From NCBI RefSeq assembly GCF_006345805.1, contig NC_043005.1:43524001-43588000 (forward strand): a DNA stretch of 64,000 bases. Reading direction: 5' to 3'. Made by a program: the position numbers and the translations under genes. Positions 13,051 to 24,445 of the stretch are shown here, piece after piece (within the stretch, counting starts at the first letter, position 1; the number at the start of each line of letters is the position of its first letter). The notes below the pieces were generated by a model. The model worked only from the letters and a program-made list of their open reading frames with translations. It made no database searches and was not told where the DNA came from. Origin of the DNA: Octopus sinensis (lineage: Eukaryota).

Positions 13051-13141
13051 ATCCTCTTGTACTTACTTGGCATGTGGTGAGATCTAGTCCATTTCTGACT
13101 CTTTACAAGTATAGTTTCTGTATTGTTTTGTGTTCCTGCAG

Positions 13142-13345
13142 GATGATAAAGTCATATAATGTCTATGAGGAAACAATGCTACCACAAATCATGGGAAGTC
13201 ATGACTGCACTGATTACTTTCCCATATTGTTCAATGAAGGAGAAACTAAACAAGAAGTGGATATCATCATCGATGTTCCTGATGGTGATTCTTGTATTTC
13301 CTCTTTCACAAATACTGCAGAACTGGCTTTTGAATTGTTATATCA
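13142..13345 (+). CDS. Candidate coding exon of an unidentified protein
   Basis: Good acceptor TTTTGTGTTCCTGCAG|G followed by an open, non-repetitive frame MIKSYNVYEETMLPQIMGSHDCTDYFPILFNEGETKQEVDIIIDVPDG... A possible donor G|GTGATT lies near 13284. The rest of the listed ORF is MITE-derived. Confidence 0.3.
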
Positions 13346-13619
13346 TATATCAGGTCATCCCATAAGTTCTGTCCGAATTTTGAATAAAGAAAACAAATGT
13401 TCAAATCCAAATATTCTTTGGATACTTCCATGTTAGAAAGGGTTTTAATCAAAGAAATTTTAATTCTATTATTCTGTAAAATAATATTTAATTAGTTTAA
13501 ATGTACACAATGCATAAAAATAAGTTTTAATTCCATTAGACATTCTAAAATACTATTAAATTTCATTCAGTTTTAAAAGAAGGTAAAATCGGACAGAACT
13601 TATGGGATGACCTGATATA
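13346..13619. mobile_element. Mariner-type MITE
   Basis: Perfect 31-bp inverted ends TATATCAGGTCATCCCATAAGTTCTGTCCGA / TCGGACAGAACTTATGGGATGACCTGATATA including TA termini. Confidence 0.9.
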
Positions 13620-13860
13620 ATTTTGGCTTGCACTTTCATGGAATCTAATAACAAGCAAATCACATACAAAATCTCCCCCTAAATAGGGCATCAGTCTATG
13701 AAAAGGTTAACCCCAGCTGTTGGCTGGCATTCATTTGTAGGTGTGTGGATTAGGGTAATGTAAAATCAAATGCTTTGCTTAAGGATGCAATTCATAGCTT
13801 GGTCTTGTAATGAAATGCACTTCCTTACAAACGCAGGCTTCACACCCTAACAATTAAGTT
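13617..13860 (-). mobile_element. Old SINE copy, inverted partner of 14320-14534
   Basis: Its reverse complement matches GGTTAACCTT..CAT.GACTGATG.CCTATTTAGG...TATGTGATTTGCT.GTTATTAGATTCCATGAAA.TGCAAGCCAAAATTATA. Confidence 0.7.
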
Positions 13861-14043
13861 TAATTAACAATATGAAACAGATTGATATAATGAGATAGTA
13901 CAATCTAACTATACAACCTTGACTATTAATATAACAGAATCATTGGTAACACATGATTTAGACTATTCCACAGCCACATAGAGGGAATTCCATATTGTGA
14001 TGTTTCTATTTCACTTTGCTATGTCAGTGTGAAGTTGATTAAG

Positions 14044-14186
14044 TCATTTCCATTTGTTCCATGCTGATTTGAAGCCCTTTAACGAATTTTCTGCTTGTTC
14101 CATCTTCATGTCTGCTATTGGCAGAATGTGCACAAAATTATATTTAATCTTGAAAACCAAAGCTTTCTTTGTATTAAACCAATTCT
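14044..14186 (-). CDS. Candidate terminal coding exon (unknown protein)
   Basis: Acceptor CTACTTTCTTTCTCAAG|, phase 1. It encodes NWFNTKKALVFKIKYNFVHILPIADMKMEQAENSLKGFKSAWNKWK* and is phase-compatible with 16046-16092. Confidence 0.35.
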
Positions 14187-14319
14187 CTTGAGAAAGAAAG
14201 TAGACTGACCATAATTTAGAAACAACACCGTTATATTAATGGCCGGGGTTCTATAGTTGAATTCCATTACTTCAGTATATTAGTCTATTTCTTATAGTTA
14301 ATTAAATGTAATTGTTCAT

Positions 14320-14534
14320 GTATCGGGTCTTTGAGCATCTGATTATGGGACCAAGCAATGTGCTGTATCCTCGAGCAAGTCACTTGATTTCCCATTGCTC
14401 TAATCCACTCTTTTAAAAAAATGAATGCCAGTAGCTAAGGTTAACCTTGCCATGGACTGATGTCCTATTTAGGAGGTGCTTTCATATGTGATTTGCTCGT
14501 TATTAGATTCCATGAAAATGCAAGCCAAAATTAT
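14320..14534 (+). mobile_element. Old CORE/MIR-like SINE copy
   Basis: CC..GAGCAAGTCACTT core-like motif. Its 3' half matches 13617-13720 in inverted orientation. Confidence 0.65.
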
Positions 14535-15339
14535 ACATGGCACACATGTTCAAAATCCAGTATACACTTTATTGTATTTTGTTATGCACTTGATTCTTTG
14601 GTTTGTGGTAAAATTGTCTTGCATAAAACTAGCTCATGATGGGGGCAGCTACTTTAGGAAACAGTTACCCTTAAAAATAAATCTTTATCCTTATGATTAC
14701 ATCTACGTTTGTAAGCACATCTACTTTTGTAAGTATATCTACCTCGGGAATGCATCTATACTTAAGAGTACGTCAACTCACTTTTGCAAGTACATCTGTT
14801 CTTGTGAATGAATTTCCCCTTGACAGAACACTTACATTTGAAAGTATATTTAACTTTGTAAGCACAGATACCATTGTAGGCATCACTGCCTTTCTTCATA
14901 TGTATACCATTCCCAATACTTTTATTCTCTAAATTCCAAGTCTATGACCTGCAAGCACAAGTAGTTTTATTTAGTTCCATGATACTTTTATTGTCTTTCT
15001 TCAACATTGCTGGGAGCTTTCAGCACACTTCCATTATAATCTTTGTATCTTACCATTACTTTGTGGCACTAACAGGTAGCATTAAAGGTGAAGTTCACTG
15101 AAAAGGTGAGGATAAGCACAGTTTTAACAGTGAAGAAGTGTTAATATATGATAACAGGTATAAAAAACAAAGAGGAAGTGTCAACTGTTGTGAGGTGGTT
15201 TATCACAGATAAAAGATGGTGTTAACAGATGAGAAGTAATTAGCTGGTGTGATCTGATATTTACAGATGGGATGTGAACAAGCAAGAGATAGTGTTAACT
15301 GGTAGGGGGTAGCCCTGGCAAGAGGAGTGATGTGCTGTT

Positions 15340-15660
15340 AACTGTTAATATGTAGCAATAAAATGTAGGAAGTAATGTTAACAAGTGTGAAGGGATAGTA
15401 TGTGCCAATAACAGGTAGGAGATTGTATTAAAAAGAGCAAGTAGGTGCTATATGGCAATAACTGGTATGAGGTAGTGTTAGCAAGTGTGAGGTTGTGGTA
15501 TATGGCAATAAAAAGCGGGAGATTGTAATAACAAGAGTAAGGACATGGTATGTGGCAATAAAAGGCAGAGATTTTATAAATAACAGTGAGGTGAGAGTGT
15601 AATATGGCAATAACAGGTACGTTGTATTAACGAGAGTAGTGGGGAGTTAGCAGAGAGCAA
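15340..15660. repeat. Degenerate ~50-bp minisatellite, ~6 units
   Basis: TAT(A/G)TGGCAATAA recurs about every 50 bp, with related TAACA.G motifs in between. Confidence 0.75.
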
Positions 15661-16045
15661 ACGATGTTTATTGATCACAGTTAGTTTCAGCAGGTAGGAA
15701 ATGGTGTTAACAAGAGGAAATTGATGTTAACACAAAGAAGTTGTTAACAGGTGGAAAATGGTGTTGAAAGCGGGAAAGTGTTGTTTACAAATAAGATGTG
15801 TTTCTAACAAATAAATAAATAAAAAAAAGAAATGAATTTGTTTACGTCACCCCTCACCTCTTTAGTATATGACATGTTCTTAACATGAAGAATGCTTGTC
15901 TTAACTATTAGGACATCACACAGCAGAAAGGATTAGGAAGAAATTTCTAGATGACAAAATAGATGTGAAGAAACTTCTTTGGATTACCAAGAATAAAAAC
16001 TGAAGTCCTTCCTCCACTAAAATACACAATAAAAGCCATATATAC

Positions 16046-16092
16046 CCTCTTTGGTGTAATCTAGATATTTAATCTCATTTCTATACAATTTT
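16046..16092 (-). CDS. Candidate internal exon (47 nt)
   Basis: ATACTTTTCAG|...GAGG|GTATAT; phase 2 in, phase 1 out; encodes KLYRNEIKYLDYTKE. Confidence 0.35.
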
Positions 16093-16213
16093 CTGAAAAG
16101 TATAAATTTTTAGCATTAAAATGAAAGCCTTTCTAGTTAATTGGATTGAGTTTGAATTAGTTTGTTCTTGTTCAAAATTACTCAGTTTCTCTCTTGCTCT
16201 CTCACTCTCTCCC

Positions 16214-16261
<48 letters not shown>

Positions 16262-16723
16262 CCTAACACACATGCACACACATACACCTAGACATGCACA
16301 CACACAAGCACAGCTTGCCTTCTCAGAAATTTTAAGTTTTATATTCACAGAATAAGATATAAGAGCAACACAGTCTATAGGTATTGTTTTTTGCGTTTTC
16401 TTTATACATTTATGAGTGTTTATGCATGTATATATGAAGGTGTGCTTATATTTAGTTATGTGTAATATATATATGTATTGATATTTACATCTATGAAAAT
16501 ATTGTGCTGTTTATGTGTGTGCATATATGCATATATGTGTGTATGGGTGTGTGTATGAATGTGTGATAATTTATTTGTATCATATTTATACACACAAAAA
16601 AAAATATTTGTATTAGGTTGCCAAGAGGAAAGGAAATATCTAAGGTTTCTAGCAGATATCATCATAGAAGAATAAATTTATGTATTTGGATAGTTGTGTG
16701 TGAGTGCGTGCGCATGTGCATGC

Positions 16724-16755
<32 letters not shown>

Positions 16756-17049
16756 ATGTGCGTGTGCACACATGCATGTGTGTGTACACGTCTTTACCAT
16801 TTCTATTTAGTTAATTTCATTCATGAAGCTTTGGTTAACCCAAGGCTAGTTTAGAAAATATTTGCCTGAAGTGCCTTGTGGGAGGATTGAACCTGGATAT
16901 TGGTGGCTGTGCAACAAATTTCTAGACTTCGATACCATGCTTTTAAATATTTTTCAATACACAATAAAAGCTGGCTAACCACTGACCAAAATATGAATAT
17001 CTTGATTTTTGGTGCTGGAACATTTCCTGATGTTTATGTTCAGATACTG

Positions 17050-17170
17050 ACAGGCGTGGCTGGGTGGTAAGAAGCTTGCTTCTGAACCACATGGTTATGG
17101 GTTCAGTCTCACTGCATGGCATCTTGGGCAAGTATCTTCTACTATAACCCCGGACCAACCAAAGATTTGT
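17050..17170 (+). mobile_element. CORE-type SINE 5' part
   Basis: GGTGGTAAGAAGCTTGCTTCTGAACCACATGGTT...GGTTCAGTCTCACTGCATGGCATCTTGGGCAAGTATCTT. Confidence 0.75.
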
Positions 17171-17790
17171 CCATTGTATATGTATAATATGTATATTGTA
17201 TGTGTATAATTTCAGTTCATATGTTATGTTCGTTTGATAGCCGAAAGACCCTTTCTGTTGTTTATTTATTTGTTTTCATATGTGAACGTTTGTTTGCCTT
17301 GCCCAGGGGCTTAATGCTTTTAGCTTAAGTCCTTGGCCCTGCCAGTTTCGAGTAGTACCAGAGATAAGTGGGTGAAATTATGTGGACATTCCGAACTCTG
17401 ACTGAAGAGGCAATTGACTGTGAATGATCCGTGTATCTTGTTTTGTCCTGTTTGCAGTTGTCATGCTATCATTCTTTTTTTTTCTGCATGTTGTGTTTTG
17501 ATGGGTTCCGTTCTTTGTGTTTTTCTGTTCTACCTTTGATATATATATTACATATTTAAATACAAACAAATGACTACAAAATGATGAGCTAACCTTAGCC
17601 AGAATCGAACCCACAAATCAACACTAACATGACTCCTAGCACATTTGATTGGGCCAAGTGCTCAGCCAACAAATTCAGTCAAATTTAATGAATATATACT
17701 TAAACTGTCTAATACTACATATAATATTTGTAAACAAACCAAAAAGGTTCTATAAGTTATAGAGAGAGAGCTACTATGGAAAATTCGTAG

Positions 17791-17859
<69 letters not shown>

Positions 17860-17870
17860 GATATAGATAT

Positions 17871-17890
<20 letters not shown>

Positions 17891-17901
<11 letters not shown>

Positions 17902-18385
17902 TGTTCATTAAAGTTTCCCTTGACCCTGTTCCCAAGGACAAGGATAAACAAAACTTGATATAATTATTAGTCCTTCTCTACATAACCACCACCAATGGTG
18001 ACACACTTCTCTCATTGCTTAAAGCAGCTGTGAAGACCTCATCTGTAGAAGTTAGTAGGTTGTGTCTGGAGTCAGGACTTTACTGTGGAAATAAGTTCAT
18101 GGTTTACCTCGGAAAAAAACTTCATGGCTGAAAAGAGGTGGAAGTCAGATGACGTGAGATCAGGACAGTAAGGGGGATGAGAAAGGATTTCATAGCCACA
18201 GGAATGTGCTTTTATATGGACAACATGTGCATTGTGAACTGGGATGTTGTCTAGGAGGAGGTGGACTCCTTTGGTCAGTATGCCATGCCTCTTTGCTTTG
18301 ATGGTGTCCTGCAATTTCTGCAGTGGCAGTATTTTATGTGCCACTGCATGAGTGTATTTATGCAGCACCAGCCCAAGTGTAGTTT
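17891..18385 (-). mobile_element. Mariner transposon 3' fragment
   Basis: ORF 18072-18368 has LLLDNIPVH...EILSHPPYCPDLTSSDFHLF (DN(A)PxH and YSPDL motifs). A TIR-like CGAGGGGGTGTTCATTAAAGTT lies at ~17893. Confidence 0.85.
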
Positions 18386-18534
18386 ACATGGCACTAGCAT
18401 GATGTATATCTGAGTGTGTGTTTGTGCGTTGGGCTGTCTTTATTTCTGTGCTTGTACCCCACCACTACTTGGCAATGGGTGTTGCTGTATTTACATACCT
18501 GGCAGAATAAGTACCAGGGTAGAATAAGTATAAT

Positions 18535-18900
18535 AGGGCAGCAAGCTGGCAGAAACATAAGCATGCCAGGTGAAATGCTTAGTGGTATTTCGTCTGCCGT
18601 TACATTCTGAGTTCAAATTACACCGAGGTCAACTTTGCCTTTCATCCTTTCAGGGTCAATAAATTAAGTACCAGTTATGCAATGGGGTCGATGTAATCGA
18701 CTTAGTCCCTTTGTCTGTCCTTGTTTGTCCCCTCAATGGTTAGCCCCATGAGGGCAATAAAGAAATAAGAATAAGTACCAGGATTAAAAAAAAAAAACAA
18801 GTTCTGAGATTCAATTAAAAGTTCTTCAAGGCAATGCCTCACCTCATAACCACAGGTTTAAGGACTGAAACAAGTAAAAAGACAAGAAATAAAAAAGATA
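18535..18900 (+). mobile_element. Deu/Nin-like SINE plus a second tail remnant
   Basis: Head, core and GTTAGCCCC...GCAATAAAGAAATAAG tail, followed by a degenerate GACTGAAACAAGTAAAA tail. Confidence 0.75.
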
Positions 18901-19651
18901 AATAAAGCTTATATATCCTAACAACTTTTGTATTAAACATTTTGTTAAATATCTTTTGCATGAAGAAGATGATTGTAACTATCTGTCTTATATTATTTCT
19001 ATGTGTTTTCTTCTATTAATTTGATTTATGTTTTTGGTTTCATTTGCTGTTGTTTCTCATTGAAATTGAAACTAAATCATTGAAACACATGAAGCTTTGC
19101 AATATTGGAAATATTTCTTTAATTAGAAATCTATAGTTTCAGTTAATTTCATTTCCACGTCTTTTGGTTTGTTTTATAGTTTTCTGCTTTTATTAGTTTT
19201 TTAATAATTTATACTCTTTTAATTCTTTTATTTTTTTAATATTAATTTTTCAGTTATTTAATAATTATTTTTTTCTTTCTATTTTTTATTATAGCTATTT
19301 TTCTCCCTATTCTATATTTATTATTTTTATTCATTTCATATTTATCCTGCTTTTTTTTTTCATATATTTGTCTGCATGTTTTATATCTGCATTTTTTTTA
19401 ATTTCTAATTTTTTTTATTAATTTTTTTCTTGCATTAGATTTAATTTTTTTCTTGTTAATGTAAATTGTAGTGTTTTTCTTTTGTTTGTTTGGAATAATA
19501 GAATTAAGTCATTCAGCGATGAAGTTGGAGCAGAATATGTTGTCAGTGGAGGCTAATTTCAGCAAACAGAATTATATACCTTCTTCCAGAATACAACAGT
19601 GGTTATAATAAGGTTTCAAAGCAATGCCATGTGGGTCACTGGTTCCAGTAC

Positions 19652-19700
19652 CTTAATTTAACTTTGCCAATATTTTGAAATCCAAACAAAATGCAGAAGA
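19652..19700 (-). CDS. Candidate internal exon (49 nt)
   Basis: TTTATTTTTGTTTTTAG|...AAG|GTACTG; phase 1 in, phase 2 out; encodes FCILFGFQNIGKVKL. Confidence 0.35.
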
Positions 19701-19724
19701 CTAAAAACAAAAATAAACATAAGA

Positions 19725-19877
19725 TGGTTGGGTAGTAAGAAGTTTGATTCCCAACAACATGGTTCCAGGATCAGTCCCACTGTGTGGTGCCTTGGGCAAA
19801 TATCTTCATACTATAGCGTTGGCCTGACCAAAGCCTTGTGAGTGGATCTGGTAGATGAAAACTGAAAAGAGCTTGTC

Positions 19878-19880
<3 letters not shown>
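19725..19880 (+). mobile_element. CORE-type SINE
   Basis: Same family as 17050, running through GTGAGTGGATCTGGTAGATGAAAACTGAAA. Confidence 0.8.
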
Positions 19881-19915
<35 letters not shown>

Positions 19916-20139
19916 TGTATGTATGTATGTATGCATGCATGCATGCATGTATATGTATGTATGTATATCAATCTATCTATCTAAAATGCAATTTAATAGC
20001 ACTGCTAACACAGTAAGACACAGGATATAGCCTTATAAATTGTTTAATGTACTTTGTAGTATATTATAGGTGCATGATGAAATATGGTATCCCTACAATT
20101 AATATATATATGTATATATATATATACATATATATACAT

Positions 20140-20280
20140 AAGGAAAATATGACAAGGTAGAAAATGCTAAAATAATTTTAGCATGAAGAATATTTAAGTA
20201 CCAGTTTCAGTCTTTGCAACTTATTCAACTTAGAGTGAAGTCTGAAAAACAATTAAATTGTGAAAAAATTAAATGAAATG
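20140..20280 (-). mobile_element. Penelope-type terminal repeat remnant with hammerhead-like motif
   Basis: Homologous to 24735-24870; the motif at 20195-20232 is described under findings. Confidence 0.5.
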
Positions 20281-20474
20281 TTTTTTAAGATATTTCCATA
20301 TTTTTCAAATACAAGGGACATTTTCGTTTTTTTTGTCTGTCTCTCTCTCTTTTTTACTCTTGTGAAGGCTTGGTAATAGGTAGTATGTAGTAGCAGTCCT
20401 AAAAGAATATTTGATATGGGTTCTTGGTTTTGACTATTTAAGCAGCAGTAGTAGCCGAGGAAGGGGACGAAAAA

Positions 20475-21075
20475 GAAGATCTTGTTTCACGCATGGTGTT
20501 GCTTGTTTACCAAGGCTAAGCCATTCCTTATGTTGCTTCATATTGATGTACAGGTACCATTTTTTGTTGCCAGTAATGATTCGGTAAAGAAATCATTGCT
20601 TGTGTCCATGAGTTGAGCAGTGACAAGCAAGCAAACTAGCAGAGATTGTGGCTTGTTGATTTTTGTTGTTGTCACTTAAAGTATGCAGAACCCATGTTCC
20701 ATACTTCTGAACTTTTCCCATCGAGTGAAGATGCTTCTCTATAGCAGTGTGGGAGCATTCCATTTTCTCTGCCAGTTCCCTTGTCATTTGATGAAAATTT
20801 TCGTGCAAAAGTTGGTTTAATCACTCTTCATTGAACTCAACTGGACAACCAGAACAAGGTGTGTCTTAGAGGTCAAAATTTCCATTATGAACTTGGCATA
20901 CCAATCACGAGTGGTTCTTTCAGCTATGGCACCCACTCCATACACAGCAAAAAGAAAGAGATGTCGAAAATGCTTGGTTTTCTTAACTTGACATTCTATT
21001 TTAATGATCTGTTTCTTTAAACCTCTAGTTTCATTATTACAATTAAAAAGCATTTCAGAATCGTTTATCTTTAAA
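20475..21075 (-). mobile_element. Mariner transposase 5' half (HTH to first catalytic Asp region)
   Basis: ECQVKK..HFRHLFLFA...AIAERTTRDWYAKF; TRELAEKMECSHTAIEKHLHSMGKVQKYGTWV; RIITGNKKWYLY. Confidence 0.85.
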
Positions 21076-21189
21076 CCAAAAACAAAAAAAAACAAAACCA
21101 ATGTAATTTCCAGAAAGCCAAATTTAGTACAGATTGATCCAGCGGTTTGGCTGTGCATAGAGGAAACCCACACACACAGGATTTTTTTA

Positions 21190-21643
21190 ATATATAACTC
21201 TATGTTCAACAGATGGAACGACTCAACATGGCTTTTTAAGAGAAAAGACCTAATTGGCAGCATGGAGTTCTTCTGCTGCACAACAACACCTGCCCTCATA
21301 TCGCCAATATGACCAAAGAAGCCATTCAAATGCATGGCTGGAAAGTGCTGCCACACCATCTGTACTCTCCTGATTTGGCACCAAGGATTTTCACCTCTTT
21401 CGATCTCTTTCAAATGCTATGCATGGAGTTTCGTTCAATGCTGATGCAGAATTGAGAGCATGGTTGGATCAATTTTTTGAGTCGAAATTGAGTGATTTCT
21501 ACTAACGAGGTATTGAAAATCTTGTTGAACATTGGAAAGAAGTTGTAAACAACAAGGGTGAATACATTATTGCTTAATTAGTTGTTATTTTTATTAAACC
21601 TTTTAAAAAATTTAAAACGATGGGAACTTAGTTGCTAACCCAC
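21190..21643 (+). mobile_element. Mariner transposase 3' half with right TIR
   Basis: HHLYSPDLAP.DFHLFRSL...RGIENLVEHWKEVVNNKGEYI, then GGGAACTTAGTTGCTAACCCACTATA. Confidence 0.85.
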
Positions 21644-21939
21644 TATATATATATATATATATTTATAACAATGAGGGTCTTTGCAACAGGTTGCTAGACC
21701 ACATACCGAAAGTATTAGAAATAGCAGCCAGATTACTGTTATTTCTTTTACTACAAAAATATGTCCCACAAACAACAGTATTTGTAACTCACTATGGCAA
21801 AAAAACGAAGAAAAACAATGAAATCAAACAATGTCTGGTCAATTATGGACGCATGTTTCTGGATTAAAATCAGAGATTCATTTCCTTTATCAACATAATA
21901 TTCCAATAAATAAATCTGAAAATGCTAGAAAAATCTTAC

Positions 21940-21981
21940 CACCATATTCCAAACAAGCAACATCGGACATATAGAAGCCCA
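21940..21981 (-). CDS. Candidate exon (42 nt or longer)
   Basis: Strong donor GGTG|GTAAGA, phase 1, compatible with 19652-19700; encodes GFYMSDVACLEYG. The acceptor is uncertain. Confidence 0.25.
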
Positions 21982-22059
21982 CTAGCATATCCACATTTAT
22001 ATTGACAAGTGAATTCGTATCTCCCTCCAGAGTTTCTCCCACGTGAGTCACAAATAATA

Positions 22060-22640
22060 CAGTGGGGTGTGGTGATCTTTCTGGCTGGGGAGGCACTGAC
22101 CAAAATTTTCTGTCACAAATTGACATGTTCATATTATACAGCAATTTTTAAAATAAAAAAACAATCACAATTAAAAATTAACTATCTTATTTAAATGTTG
22201 ATCCAATCCATCTCCCTTTCTTGTTGAAATTGTTGATAACATCATTGTAGGAAGTATTGTTCTTAATGCTTTTTAAAATGGCTCTTTCTATGCCAGTTAG
22301 AGCTAAACTGCTCAGCCTCTCTTGTCCCTGCAAATTTCTTGTATAATTATGAATTCTCCTTAGATATGAAAAGGAACATTCCACTGTAGCACTAGTTGCT
22401 GGTAGTGTTAATATTAATTCATGAAGGTATTTCTATAATTCTTAAGAGAAGTATTGCTTCCCTTGCTTCCAAGAACCACACTTCTTTTGGAAAATATATT
22501 GATCACTTCTGGCCTTCAAAAGAATCTATTTGTGGTATGCTTGCTGTATCATATAAAAAGCCTACTTTCTATGTTAGTCTGCTTGTGATTCTCCTACGCC
22601 TCTTAAGTGTCCTTTAGCTTACATTAATTACAAATATGGA
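22060..22640 (-). mobile_element. hAT transposon 3' fragment (dimerisation domain)
   Basis: ECSFSYLRRIHNYTRNLQGQERLSSLALTGIE matches the hAT C-terminal motif. A CAGTGG-type terminus lies at ~22060. Confidence 0.8.
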
Positions 22641-22860
22641 GTTTATACCTATTCCTTTTCTGCTTATGAGTTCCTATGGCTAGCCAATCTTAACCTCATC
22701 TGTGTTGCCTGTAGGACTATGATGCATAGAAAAGCACTGAGAACTGAACATTGATGAACTCCTACCTTCATGCTAAATATGTCACTGAAATCATTGTTGA
22801 CTTTCACATTATTTCCTGTATCTTTATACTTTTTTAATACAGCTTTTACATGCAATTCAT
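22640..22860 (-). mobile_element. RTE RT fragment
   Basis: KVNNDFSDIFSMKVGVHQCSVLSAFLCIIVLQA. Confidence 0.7.
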
Positions 22861-24212
22861 ATATATATTTGGTTTGCAGGTACAAATTTTTCAAGAAACC
22901 AAGAGGAAAAAAGTGGATTTGTTATCCCTGCCTTGTTTTGTGATTTATACTTCACAGGAAGCAAGTTTTTGCCGCGAGTTCTTGAAGCAACATGTATTAG
23001 CATAATGCCTGATGCAAGCAAATGATAGTCTATGAGTTCTTGTGGCTTTGACACTGGGGAAATTTGTGATGTGGTTCTTGTGTAATTTATGTATTGATTC
23101 CTACTTTTCCTTAGTGGACACAAGTGTTTTGTCTGGAATTGCATGCAAATACAATTCAGTTTCATCAGCATTGTATATTTGATGAACTTCATAGTTTTCT
23201 TCATGGATGATGGGTTGCAGTTTCTATCTGAATTCTTCTGCAATCTTGTTATCTACAGACTTCTGCTCTCCAAGAGTTCAGAGTTGCCTAATGCCAGTAT
23301 GATCTTTGAAACTTTGTAGCCAGATGGATGTCATGCTGTAATTGGACTCATATGGTGTTTCACTGGTGTGGATTCGTTGACAGAGACCTGCTGCTTTCTC
23401 TTGTAACATTGGTCCTGATACAGGTATACTCTTTTCACATTGCTGTGAAAACCACAAAACCATGGCCTGGTTGAGATGTTCATCTTTTACTGGCTTTATG
23501 GATTTTCATTTTAATGCATGGAAAGTGTCGCTTTGGTTGATAAATTCTTCAATCACCAGTCTTGCTTTCTTGATGTTGGACACTGCTGCTTTTTCAATGT
23601 TGTATTCTTGTGCAATCTTTGATGCCTTTTACCTACGAACCAGGCAGTAAAATTTCCCTTTTCTGTTCAATATTGTTTGTTTTCTCTTCACAGACATGGC
23701 AATGGCAATAAGTACGATCACTTGCAAAAGATATGTTGCCAGGAAAAGTGTCGTTGAAGAAATGAAGAAAGCAATACTCTTCTCATAATCTTAGTCTTTT
23801 AGTATGTCAATCACTTCTACATTAAATCATTCTAACACTGTTTCAAATAACCAAGTGAAATCAAACTAGGCCACTGACTAACATGTGGATACTTTTTGAT
23901 AACTGTAAACTCAAGACAAGACCATGGCATTATAAATGTTGATTGGTAACATCTTTGATGTACCACTTTTTACATGTTCTGTATATTTTATCAATATTGA
24001 ACGCTACTCTTTGAGTCCAATTAGCAGCAGTTGACATACATTCACTTTTAATCATTCTAAATGAAAGAGGCAATGGACAAACCAATGTTATTTTTGAGTG
24101 CCTAATTTATGCACAGTATGCCTCATTAAATATTCATGGAACCTGCAGATCTTGTTCAGATAAACCAAAATTCACATGATTGATGCTTGCATAACCAAGG
24201 TTTAACTGTAAT
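22860..24212 (-). pseudogene. Tigger/pogo (CENP-B HTH) transposon, degenerate
   Basis: LWFSQQCEKSIPVSGPMLQEKA...WLQSFKDHTGIRQL, with an upstream psq-type HTH and a terminus TACAGTTAAACCTTGGTTAT at ~24210. Confidence 0.8.
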
Positions 24213-24239
24213 CTGAAGGCACTATCGCTGTTGTCTTTG

Positions 24240-24445
24240 CTGTCATCATCATCGTCAACATTTAACGTCTGCTTTCCATGCTGGCATGGGTTGGACAGCT
24301 TGAGAGGAACTTGCAAGGGCATGGGATGCACCAAGTTCCATAGTCTGTTTTAGCTTGGCTTCTACAGCTACCTGTTCTTCTTAATGCCAACCATTTTACA
24401 GGTGTACAGGATGCTTATTATGTGGTGCCAGTACCCACACCAATG
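24240..24445 (-). mobile_element. RTE-type 3' end
   Basis: (CAT)n...TTTAACGTCTGCTTTCCATGCTGGCATGGGTTGGACAG. Confidence 0.7.

Noticed and set aside
13200-14190. Resemblance of LFNEGETKQEVDIII to Calx-beta and of FKSAWNKW to RNF213
   Set aside because: These are short remembered motifs only and cannot be verified without a search, so no gene symbol was assigned.
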